Source: Candidatus Omnitrophota bacterium (GTDB lineage: Bacteria > Omnitrophota > Gorgyraeia > Gygaellales > Profunditerraquicolaceae). Taken from it: a DNA stretch of 64,000 nt. This document shows positions 1-7,937 of the stretch, in pieces; the first letter of the stretch is position 1; each line of letters begins with the position of its first letter. The stretch covers positions 10,765-74,764 of the forward strand of contig JBDRAV010000014.1 of assembly GCA_043823435.1 (NCBI GenBank), read 5' to 3'. The translations under genes and the position numbers were made by a program. The notes beneath the pieces were generated by a model that saw only the letters and a program-made list of their open reading frames with translations, ran no database searches and was not told where the DNA came from.

Positions 1-263
1 GACCCTAATATCAACCCGATGCTGGTAGCAATGCCAACAGCAATAAGTCCGATACTTAAAGATATCCTTGCACCGTAAATCATGCGGCTTAAAATATCCC
101 TTCCTAAGCTGTCAGTCCCTAAAAGGTGTTTGCCGGATGGCGGCATAAGGAGGCTCGCTCCATCTATCTGCGAAGGGTCATAAGGGCTTAATATCGGCGC
201 AAAGATAGCAATAATGCTAAAGACGGCAATAATCAGAATTCCGGTTAATAATGTTTTATTCAT
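1..263 (-). CDS. ABC transporter permease, DppC/OppC-like (5' portion only; gene continues past window start)
   Basis: Reverse translation from ATG at 263..261 gives MNKTLLTGILIIAVFSIIAIFAPILSPYDPSQIDGASLLMPPSGKHLLGTDSLGRDILSRMIYGARISL..., the OppC/DppC N-terminal segment (GTDxLGRD). It lies directly downstream of the DppB-like gene and the frame is open to the window edge. Confidence 0.8.
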   Translation of the reverse strand, partial: MNKTLLTGILIIAVFSIIAIFAPILSPYDPSQIDGASLLMPPSGKHLLGTDSLGRDILSRMIYGARISLSIGLIAVGIATSIGLILG

Positions 264-282
264 CCTAAAACCTAGCTACTAG

Positions 283-1260
283 CTACTGCTTCTTATACCT
301 TATCCTCGGGTCAACATAGGCATAACTTATATCCGCGATCAGGTTCCCGAGCATGGTCAAGACCCCGCCTAAAACCACCTCTGCCATGATCAACGGGTAA
401 TCGCGCATCATCACTGACTCGTAGAATAACCTGCCGATACCAGGGAGCGCAAATATGGATTCAAAGATTACGCTTCCACCCAAGAGGCCGGGTATGGCTA
501 AGCCGATGATAGTAACAATGGGTAAAATTGCATTACGCAGGGCGTGCTTTTTAATGACCTGATTCTCGGTTAGGCCCTTAGCGCGGGCAGTATAGATATA
601 CGGCTGATTCAATGCCTCCATCATACTTGAGCGCATATAACGGGAGAGGCCTGCCAGGCCTGCGATACTTGAAACAAATACAGGCAATATCAGATGATGC
701 GCCAGGTCAAGAAGCTTATGAGAAAATGTAAAGTACTCAAAGTCCAATGATTTGATGCCCGATATCGGCAGCCACCCTAATTTTATACCGAAGAGGTTCA
801 TCAATAAGAGCGCAAGCCAGAATGTGGGAGCGGCAAAAAAGAGGAATACGAATATGGTGGTGAACTTATCAAAGGCGCGGTTCGGGTTTACCGCGCTCTT
901 TATGCCGATAGGTATGGCGATAAGGAAGATAAAAAATAACGAAAGGATATTTATGGTCAGGGTAACCGGGAGCCTCTCTATTATCTTTTCAACTACCGGC
1001 CGGTTATCTCCGTATGAGCGTCCAAAATCCAGGCGGATTATCTTATTCAGCCAGTTTATATATTGAACGTGCAGTGGTTTATCCAGGCCATAGAGCTTAT
1101 CCAGGCGCTCCCTAACTTCAAGAGAAACCTTAGGATTAAGGGATTGCTCAATAGTGGTGGGTTTGCCGGGCGCAAGATGGATAATAGCAAAGCTGATTAT
1201 AGTGATACCCAATAGCAGCGGAATAATTCCCAGTAATCTACGCGCAATATAATTAACCAT
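283..1260 (-). CDS. ABC transporter permease, DppB/OppB-like (peptide/nickel family)
   Basis: 325-aa polytopic ORF. The N-terminus [32 protein letters not shown] and C-terminus [14 protein letters not shown] are typical of DppB/OppB permeases. It is flanked by the binding-protein and DppC-like genes. Confidence 0.85.
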   Translation of the reverse strand: MVNYIARRLLGIIPLLLGITIISFAIIHLAPGKPTTIEQSLNPKVSLEVRERLDKLYGLDKPLHVQYINWLNKIIRLDFGRSYGDNRPVVEKIIERLPVTLTINILSLFFIFLIAIPIGIKSAVNPNRAFDKFTTIFVFLFFAAPTFWLALLLMNLFGIKLGWLPISGIKSLDFEYFTFSHKLLDLAHHLILPVFVSSIAGLAGLSRYMRSSMMEALNQPYIYTARAKGLTENQVIKKHALRNAILPIVTIIGLAIPGLLGGSVIFESIFALPGIGRLFYESVMMRDYPLIMAEVVLGGVLTMLGNLIADISYAYVDPRIRYKKQ

Positions 1261-1270
1261 CTCTCTTTTT

Positions 1271-1368
1271 AAGGGTCACTTCTTAAGCCAAAGCTAGAAG
1301 TGTCCCCTAATTACAATAATTACATACACCTAGGGACACTTCTCCGATTAGGTCAAGAAGTGTCCCTA
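1271..1368. repeat. two tandem REP-like hairpins built from four copies of an 11-13-nt GGGACACTTCT unit
   Basis: Plus-strand copies: gggtcacttct 1273-1283, agaagtgtccc 1296-1306, gggacacttct 1333-1343, agaagtgtccc 1356-1366. The 1331-1343 / 1356-1368 arms form a perfect 13-bp stem with a 12-nt loop. The 1273-1283 / 1296-1306 arms form an 11-bp stem with one mismatch, also with a 12-nt loop. Confidence 0.8.
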
Positions 1369-2979
1369 ATGGGTGGTGTATTTTTGCTCCTTATTGGGAA
1401 CCCACCAATCTATAAAATTATAACTTATGCCGATAGGGGCTGGCTTTATGCCCTGAAAACGGCTATTCAATATTGTCAGGCTGTCGGCAATATAAAGAAA
1501 CATATACGGCTGCTCATCATAAAGTATCTCGTGTATCCTGTGGTAGCGCGCCTCCCTCTCCTTCTGGTCAAATGTCCGCCGCGCCTCAACGAGCAGTTTA
1601 TCCACCTCTTTATTCTTATAACTGATGAAGTTGAATTCACCCGGCTTGATCTTGGATGAATGCCAAATATCAAAATTATCCGGGTCGCGGCCAAGCGACC
1701 ACCCCAAAAGCACTGCATCAAAAGTCTTCTTCTCTATGAATTCAGTCAAGAATACCGACCACTCCACTACCTTTATCTTTACTTTAATCCCGATATCCTT
1801 AAGCCGCCTCTGGATTATCTGGGCGACCTTGGCCCGCTCATCATTCCCCTGGTTGGTGATAATGGTAAATTCAAAGTTTTCTCCCCTCTTATCCAGCACT
1901 CCGTCGCCATTCGTATCCTGCCAACCCGCCTCCTTTAATAACTCCTTTGCTCTCGCAGGGTCAAATGGCATAGGTATGACCTTGCTGTTATAACCCCAGG
2001 AATCAGGTATAAACGGCCCGGTGGATTTCCTGCCTAACCCTAAAAGAACTATGCTGATTATCTCATCCTTATCCACGGCATAATTCAATGCCTGCCTTAC
2101 GCGTTTATCCTTAAATTTAGGATTATTTAGATTATAACCGAGATATGTATATCCAAAACTCGGCAACCTGAACTTTTGATAATATTTCTTAAAGAACGAA
2201 CTATCAGTCTGACGGGTATATTGTAAAGGAGATAAACCGGTATAATCTACCCCCTGGGTCTGCAACTCAAGGAATATAGTCGCACTATCGGGTATTATGC
2301 GGTAAATGTAGCGGTCGATGTACGGCCGGTGTTCAAAGTATTCGTGGTTTGATATAAGTTCAATTTTTTCCTGCGGCAACCAGCTCTTGAATTTATACGG
2401 GCCTGTGCCTATCGGGTTCCTTGAAAATTTAGTATTATGCAAGTCCTCATCCTTTAAGATGTGCCTGGGGATGATCGGCATACCCCAACTGCTTAATCCC
2501 GGGGCAAACGGCTCTTTGTAAGTAACCTTGAGCGTATATTTATTCAGGGCCTTAAGTGACTTTACGCGCTCAAAATCTCCGCTGTACGGGGTCCTGACAT
2601 CAGGGTCAATGAGTTTCTGATAAGTAAACTCTACGTCTTCCGCCGTAAAAGGAGCGCCGTCATGCCAGGAGACATCCTTTCTTAAATGGAATACTATTGT
2701 TAATCCCTCATCCTCTATATCCCAGCTTTCAGCCAGATCGCCAGTAAGGTTCAAGTCCTTGTCGTATTTGACCAGCCCGTTAAATACCATAGCGCATATC
2801 TCGGCTGATGCCGAATCCGATGCCAATATAGGCACGAGGGTCCTGGCATCACCGATTGCGCCTATTACAATTGCGTCGCCGTAATCTTCGGCTAAGGCCG
2901 GATTAAAAGAGCAAAATAAAAAAGCTACCAGCAAAACCGGTAGCTTTATGATTATATTTGATTTACAGCCAGTAAACAC
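1366..2979 (-). CDS. ABC transporter substrate-binding protein, family 5 (OppA/DppA/NikA-like)
   Basis: 537 aa with a signal peptide (LLVAFLFCSFNPALA/EDYG). Family-5 SBP-like sequence runs throughout (e.g. NPIGTGPYKFKSW). It is the first gene of the SBP-permease-permease order. Confidence 0.85.
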   Translation of the reverse strand: MFTGCKSNIIIKLPVLLVAFLFCSFNPALAEDYGDAIVIGAIGDARTLVPILASDSASAEICAMVFNGLVKYDKDLNLTGDLAESWDIEDEGLTIVFHLRKDVSWHDGAPFTAEDVEFTYQKLIDPDVRTPYSGDFERVKSLKALNKYTLKVTYKEPFAPGLSSWGMPIIPRHILKDEDLHNTKFSRNPIGTGPYKFKSWLPQEKIELISNHEYFEHRPYIDRYIYRIIPDSATIFLELQTQGVDYTGLSPLQYTRQTDSSFFKKYYQKFRLPSFGYTYLGYNLNNPKFKDKRVRQALNYAVDKDEIISIVLLGLGRKSTGPFIPDSWGYNSKVIPMPFDPARAKELLKEAGWQDTNGDGVLDKRGENFEFTIITNQGNDERAKVAQIIQRRLKDIGIKVKIKVVEWSVFLTEFIEKKTFDAVLLGWSLGRDPDNFDIWHSSKIKPGEFNFISYKNKEVDKLLVEARRTFDQKEREARYHRIHEILYDEQPYMFLYIADSLTILNSRFQGIKPAPIGISYNFIDWWVPNKEQKYTTH

Positions 2980-2984
2980 TCTGA

Positions 2985-3380
2985 TTATTCAGTCTTAGCG
3001 GCCGCTCCTTGCGTTTTCTCTGCGGTTGGCTTTTCTTCCGCCTTAGGTGTAGGCACCTCTTGCGTGGCCTGCTTAGGCAATTCAGCCGATGCTGCCGAAG
3101 CCGCTTGCTGCGTATCCGAAGCAGCCTGCGACTTAGTACCTCTCATCAAAGACCTGCTCTGTTTAATTGACAGAAGCGCCAGGCTAAGACAGGTAATGAA
3201 AAACAATACGGATAATATGGTAGTAGTGCGGGTAAGAAAGGTGTTCGTCTTTGTCCCCAGCATCGACTCCACGTCCGAGAAACTCTCGGTCAGGCCGCCG
3301 CCCCTGCCCCTTTGTATCAGGATAAGTACAATCAATAAAGCACAAACAACTACATGTATTGCAATTATAAAAGCCATCAT
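2985..3380 (-). CDS. secG: preprotein translocase subunit SecG (with long low-complexity C-terminal tail)
   Basis: MMAFIIAIHVVVCALLIVLILIQRGRGGGL plus a second TM helix is the SecG signature. The pgk-tpiA-secG order is conserved in bacteria. There is a 4-nt ATGA overlap with tpiA. Confidence 0.8.
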   Translation of the reverse strand: MMAFIIAIHVVVCALLIVLILIQRGRGGGLTESFSDVESMLGTKTNTFLTRTTTILSVLFFITCLSLALLSIKQSRSLMRGTKSQAASDTQQAASAASAELPKQATQEVPTPKAEEKPTAEKTQGAAAKTE

Positions 3381-4150
3381 TTTTTAACCGCCGCTCCTTT
3401 TCTTACGATCTCTACGAATGTTTCTACTTTAAGGCTCGCGCCTCCTACCAGCGCTCCGTCAACATCGGGCTGGCCCATTAATTCCTCGATATTCTCGGGC
3501 TTTACGCTGCCTCCGTACTGGATCCTTATCTTATCGGCGAAACCCTTATTATACATCTTAACCAGCAGATCGCGAATATATTTATGCGCCTCCTGCGCCT
3601 GGTCAGAGGTCGCGGTCCTGCCTGTGCCTATCGCCCAGACCGGCTCATAGGCTATGACTATCTTCAGCATATTCTCTTCGGCGATATCCTTAAGGCCATT
3701 ACCTATATGGTCATCCAGGACTTTGAAGGTCTCTCCTGCTTCCCGCTGCTTCAATGTCTCTCCTACACAGACGATCGGCGTCAACCCATGTTCTAGCGCC
3801 GCCTTTATCTTGCTGTTCACGGATTCATTGCTCTCGCCGAAATACTGCCTGCGTTCAGAGTGGCCGATGATCACGAATTTACAACCTATATCCTTAAGCA
3901 TTACGGGTGAGACCTCTCCGGTGAATGCGCCCTCCTCCTTAAAATACATGTTCTGCGCTCCAAGAGAAATATTGGAATTTAATACCACCTCAAAGACCTC
4001 GCTTAAAGCGGTAAACGCGGGGCATACCACAATGTCTATATCCTGGTTATCAAGTTTATAAAGCTCCCTCTTTAAGCCATTGGCTAACTCTATGGCTTCA
4101 CCTATAGTCTTGTACATCTTCCAGTTTCCCGCGATGATCGTCTTTCGCAT
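3377..4150 (-). CDS. tpiA: triose-phosphate isomerase
   Basis: Motifs IIAGNWKMYKT, AYEPVWAIGTGRTAT and IQYGGSVKPEN. Start placed at MRKTIIAGNWKM (4150); the longest-ORF ATG at 4162 would add MCSF. Confidence 0.9.
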   Translation of the reverse strand: MRKTIIAGNWKMYKTIGEAIELANGLKRELYKLDNQDIDIVVCPAFTALSEVFEVVLNSNISLGAQNMYFKEEGAFTGEVSPVMLKDIGCKFVIIGHSERRQYFGESNESVNSKIKAALEHGLTPIVCVGETLKQREAGETFKVLDDHIGNGLKDIAEENMLKIVIAYEPVWAIGTGRTATSDQAQEAHKYIRDLLVKMYNKGFADKIRIQYGGSVKPENIEELMGQPDVDGALVGGASLKVETFVEIVRKGAAVKK

Positions 4151-4248
4151 AAATGAGCACATAACTTACGAACGCAATAGCGTGAGTAAGTTATTGTGCG
4201 AATTTACCTCGCTTGCTGTCAAGCATTTTGGATGCGAGGATAAGTTAT

Positions 4249-5439
4249 TCATTGTGAATTTTTATCAGTTAAAGCTGCGATCCCCGGAAGTACTTTACCC
4301 TCTAAAAACTCAAGGCTTGCGCCTCCGCCTGTGGAGATATGAGTCATCCTATCTTCAAGCTTGAATTTAGCTATGGCTGCAGCCGTATCCCCTCCTCCTA
4401 TTATAGTGGTCACGCCAAGCGTACTCAAGAACTTTGCAACTTCTTCTGTGCCGTGGCTGAAGGCATCCATCTCGAATATGCCCAGGGGCCCGTTCCAGAC
4501 TATGGTCTGCGCGGACTTAAGTTCTTCTTCAAATAACGCGACCGTCTTAGGCCCGATATCAACCGCGATCTTACCCTCGGGTATATCTTCGCCTACGGTT
4601 TCAGCCTTGGCGTCCGGGGCTATATTATCTACCACTACGTTATCTACGGGTAACAATATATTCTTTTTAAGGGATGAGGCTTTATCTAAAATATTCTTTG
4701 CCAGCTCCAGTTTATCCGCCTCTAATTTGGAATTACCGATCTGCCTGCCCTGTGCCTTCAAGAAGGTATACGCCATCCCTCCGCCGATGATTATGGCATC
4801 GGACTTAGGAAGGAAGTTTTCGATCACCCCTATCTTGTCAGAGACCTTGGCACCACCTAAGATGACCATAAATGGCCTCTTGGGGTTTTCTACGGCTCTG
4901 CCTAAATACTGAATCTCTTTCTCCAAAAGAAAGCCCGCTCCTGACCTGAGGTAGCAGGTCACCCCTTCTGTAGATGCATGCGCGCGGTGGGCAGTGCCAA
5001 AGGCATCATTCACGTATATATCTCCCAAAGCTGCCAAACCCTTGGCAAAGGCCGGATCGTTGGCCTCCTCTTCGGCATGGAACCTTAAATTCTCAAGGAG
5101 TACCACCTTCTCTTTAGCAGCGTCAATATCCTTTTTGATATTATCGCCTACGCAGTCATTCAGGAACTTTACCGGCACACCCAGCAACTCAGATAGCCTA
5201 ACCGCTACGGGCTTCAGGCTGTATTTATCTACCGCCTTCCCTTTAGGCCTTCCTAAATGGCTCATTAAGATTACTTTTTTTGGCTCATTCTGTAATATAT
5301 ATTTCAAGGTAGGGACGGTCGCCCTAATACGCGAGTCATCGGTAATATTCAGATTATCGTCCTGGGGCACGTTAAAATCAGCGCGCACAAGCACGCCCTT
5401 GCCCTTAAGTTCCATATCCTTTAATGTCAGCTTCTCCAT
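4249..5439 (-). CDS. pgk: phosphoglycerate kinase
   Basis: Motifs [42 protein letters not shown] and [14 protein letters not shown]. Start placed at [18 protein letters not shown] (5439, preceded by AAAAGGAAGAG). The 44 extra codons of the listed ORF read through a repeat-filled spacer. Confidence 0.9.
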   Translation of the reverse strand: MEKLTLKDMELKGKGVLVRADFNVPQDDNLNITDDSRIRATVPTLKYILQNEPKKVILMSHLGRPKGKAVDKYSLKPVAVRLSELLGVPVKFLNDCVGDNIKKDIDAAKEKVVLLENLRFHAEEEANDPAFAKGLAALGDIYVNDAFGTAHRAHASTEGVTCYLRSGAGFLLEKEIQYLGRAVENPKRPFMVILGGAKVSDKIGVIENFLPKSDAIIIGGGMAYTFLKAQGRQIGNSKLEADKLELAKNILDKASSLKKNILLPVDNVVVDNIAPDAKAETVGEDIPEGKIAVDIGPKTVALFEEELKSAQTIVWNGPLGIFEMDAFSHGTEEVAKFLSTLGVTTIIGGGDTAAAIAKFKLEDRMTHISTGGGASLEFLEGKVLPGIAALTDKNSQ

Positions 5440-5454
5440 CTCTTCCTTTTTGAC

Positions 5455-5568
5455 GGGACTGTCCCTACGCTCGCGAAGGGCATCATGACAGGGACTGACC
5501 CCCCACAGGAGGTGGGGCACCAAACCATCAGATAGGTTTGGGTGCCTACGCAGTGTCCCTACTGTCAT
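5455..5568. repeat. GGGAC-core palindrome plus an ~84-nt three-stem inverted-repeat element in the pgk upstream spacer
   Basis: gggactgtccc at 5455-5465. The outer arms are 5485-5495 (atgacagggac) and 5555-5568 (gtccctactgtcat). The inner hairpins are 5516-5526/5535-5546 and 5501-5506/5512-5517. TAGGGACAC is shared with the 1271-1368 element. Confidence 0.65.
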
Positions 5569-5591
5569 CATTTAAGAAATCATAATATATC

Positions 5592-7937
5592 TTAAATCGT
5601 TGCCCTTGTCAATCCTTTCCGAAAAATTACTAAAAGCAGTAGGCTGCTTAATTTCATGAATATGATTACCATACAGGTATTAAATAGGCCCAGTACCGGT
5701 AAAAGCAAGACACCCCCCACAATGCCTGCGAGCCACCCTCCCATCAGGTCAGAGAAATAAAATAATCCCGAAGTAAGCCCTACGCCGCGATTCTCTTTAA
5801 GATATACTCCGGTAGCGAGCGGGAACTCCAGGCCGATGAATACCCCTGAGACAAAGAATAGCGCGATAAATATGGGCGCGATATATCTCGCTTCGGCGGC
5901 CAGGCCCGTGATCACGGCCGAAGCCAAATATGAAAATATGATCATCGCTATTTCTAATTTGATCAGCAGGTTTATGCTGTTCTTTATATTTCTTAGGCTG
6001 CGCGTCATAAAGAGGCTCCCCACGGCAGTCCCTGCCATGAAGATACTGATGAGGATACCTATCTTATGGTACAGGTAGCCGTAGACCACCTGAAAACTGA
6101 ATATCAGCACAAGGTTAATCATCATGCCGAAGAAACCGGTAGTAGCCACGGCATAAGGAACGCTTAATTTAGCTAAATTGCGCTTACAAGATAAAAACAT
6201 TATCAGGGCAAAAGTCAATACGAGAACTAATACCAATGGAACGACCAAATCAAGGTTCTTCATGGCTCCCAGGACCCCGGCAAAACCCGAAGAGAACTGC
6301 TTATTCCAAATGATGAGCATCTCGTAAACCGCAAAAGGCATAAAGTCGCGGTTCATCTTAGTGGTAGCGCCAAGTGAAGAGCGGTTGAACCATTCCAGGT
6401 GGCTCTTGTTCAACCTGTATTCCAGGTATGCAGGAACGAGTATGCCTGGTTTGATATTCTCACCGCGCATCCTCTGCGTGAGCAATCCGGGGGTAACACT
6501 CATAATCCCCGCTGAGTCAGATGCCAGGAAGATATTATAATCACCCGGGATGACGCGCACATAATTATATGCGCTCTTAAGGCCGTTTAATACGCACGCG
6601 TTTAAATCGCGCAGATCGCAGCTTAAATAAGTCATTGAACCCGGCAGGTAAAGCGCAAGGACGCCGGCCGGATTCATCCTTCCTTTAGCCAAGTCAAAGA
6701 ACTCTTCGGTAAATAGACGGTTACTGGAGAGGTCAGAAGGTTTGGATAGGCCGACCATCATAACGTCATATCTATTCTGCGTACGCTTAAGAAAGAATCT
6801 CCCGTCTTTATTTATTACGTTTACCCTCTTATCGCCAAGTTCCCTCGCGGTCAAGCTGGAAGGGTACTCTTGCAGCATCCTGATAATCAAAGGGTCAAGT
6901 TCCGCGTAATCGAGCCTTTTGACGGGATATTTGAGCATCTCATTTATTAGGCCGCCTGCACCTGCGCCGATAATTAAAACATCCTTTGGCGCGGGATGGA
7001 ATAATAAAGGAAGGTTACCGAACTCCTGCACAAAGACCATATCCGGATAAGGCGTAGTGATCACGGGCAGGCCGTTGTAGAAGAATGTGCGCTCCCCCTC
7101 CTTCTGGACCACGGCGATATTCCCATAAATAGAATTGCGGTAATCAAGGACCTCTTCACCCTTCCATTGTTTTTGGATGGCGTAAGCGCTTATCTTGGAC
7201 GCAGCGCCACTTAAAAACAGGTATGCCGCAAGCAGGAGCACAAAGAATACAAGATATCTGAATACCGTAGATATACGCCTGTAAAAAGGCAGGCATACAA
7301 AGATAATCAATGCGGATATAATGAATGCTATCTGAAAAGAATCCAGGCGCGGTATCAAAAGATAAGTAAGGAGCACTCCGCCTGCGATCGTGCCGATAGT
7401 CTCCCAGGCATAGATCCTTCCTACGCAGTCCGCGGAATCTTTTGCATATGAGGAATATATCTTACAGGAAGCACTGAATAGTGCGCCGTGGCAGAACGCT
7501 ACCGGCAACATTATGAATAAAGAAGAATAGAATATCAATGACAGGGACATCCCCTCTACAAAAGGCACCCCTGCTATAGATTTGACGCACCTGGCCAGGT
7601 AAACGGATAAAGGAAGCACCAAGGCGAATATCACCTGCAGGATAATAAAAATATTTATTTTATTTTTTACCCTGTCAATAACCCTGCCGATGATAAAGAC
7701 TCCGGCGGCCTCTGACATAATCCAGTTGGCAAGGATCAACCCTAGCGAGAGTTCGTTGCCGTAAAAACTCACCAGTAGCTCGCGCAGCAGCACTACCTGC
7801 GCCACTATACCGCTTAAGCCTACCAACAGAACCGTAAAAACAAGAAGAGACTGTCCATGCAAGGTAAAAACAAAAAGGGACTGTCCCCGAAGGGGACTGT
7901 CCCTTTTTATAACGCTCCTCATCCTAAAAAACATCAT
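5592..7937 (-). CDS. fused MFS-like membrane domain / spermidine-synthase-like (class-I Rossmann) protein
   Basis: About 8 N-terminal TM helices, then VLIIGAGAGGLINEMLKYPVKRLDYAELDP (aminopropyltransferase/MTase fold), then further TM helices. Start is uncertain because the first ~25 codons overlap a hairpin/terminator repeat. An in-frame TTG at 7862 is an alternative start. Confidence 0.7.
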   Translation of the reverse strand: MMFFRMRSVIKRDSPLRGQSLFVFTLHGQSLLVFTVLLVGLSGIVAQVVLLRELLVSFYGNELSLGLILANWIMSEAAGVFIIGRVIDRVKNKINIFIILQVIFALVLPLSVYLARCVKSIAGVPFVEGMSLSLIFYSSLFIMLPVAFCHGALFSASCKIYSSYAKDSADCVGRIYAWETIGTIAGGVLLTYLLIPRLDSFQIAFIISALIIFVCLPFYRRISTVFRYLVFFVLLLAAYLFLSGAASKISAYAIQKQWKGEEVLDYRNSIYGNIAVVQKEGERTFFYNGLPVITTPYPDMVFVQEFGNLPLLFHPAPKDVLIIGAGAGGLINEMLKYPVKRLDYAELDPLIIRMLQEYPSSLTARELGDKRVNVINKDGRFFLKRTQNRYDVMMVGLSKPSDLSSNRLFTEEFFDLAKGRMNPAGVLALYLPGSMTYLSCDLRDLNACVLNGLKSAYNYVRVIPGDYNIFLASDSAGIMSVTPGLLTQRMRGENIKPGILVPAYLEYRLNKSHLEWFNRSSLGATTKMNRDFMPFAVYEMLIIWNKQFSSGFAGVLGAMKNLDLVVPLVLVLVLTFALIMFLSCKRNLAKLSVPYAVATTGFFGMMINLVLIFSFQVVYGYLYHKIGILISIFMAGTAVGSLFMTRSLRNIKNSINLLIKLEIAMIIFSYLASAVITGLAAEARYIAPIFIALFFVSGVFIGLEFPLATGVYLKENRGVGLTSGLFYFSDLMGGWLAGIVGGVLLLPVLGLFNTCMVIIFMKLSSLLLLVIFRKGLTRATI
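7834..7886. repeat. 23-bp direct repeat (2 mismatches, 30-bp period) containing the GGACAGTC core
   Basis: gtaaaaacaagaagagactgtcc (7834-7856) versus gtaaaaacaaaaagggactgtcc (7864-7886). Confidence 0.7.
7863..7908 (-). terminator. candidate intrinsic terminator downstream of the Wzy_C gene
   Basis: The minus-strand RNA would be AAAAAGGGACAGUCCCC-UUC-GGGGACAGUCCCUUUUUGUUUUUACC. That is a 17-nt stem with one central mismatch, a 3-nt loop and a U-rich tail. It begins 26 nt after the stop codon at 7934-7936. Confidence 0.5.

Noticed and set aside
271-289. Tandem TAGCTAC TAGCTAC (CTAG-rich) between the two permease genes
   Set aside because: It is only two copies of a 7-mer overlapping the DppB-like stop codon. 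It supplies stops in several frames but is too short to call a repeat element or regulatory site.
5485-5568. Three-stem element as a tRNA or a riboswitch class I know
   Set aside because: It has no T-loop GTTCRA motif, no 7-bp acceptor stem with a CCA-proximal geometry and no anticodon-arm proportions. I also do not recognise any riboswitch consensus. It is kept only as an unclassified structured repeat.
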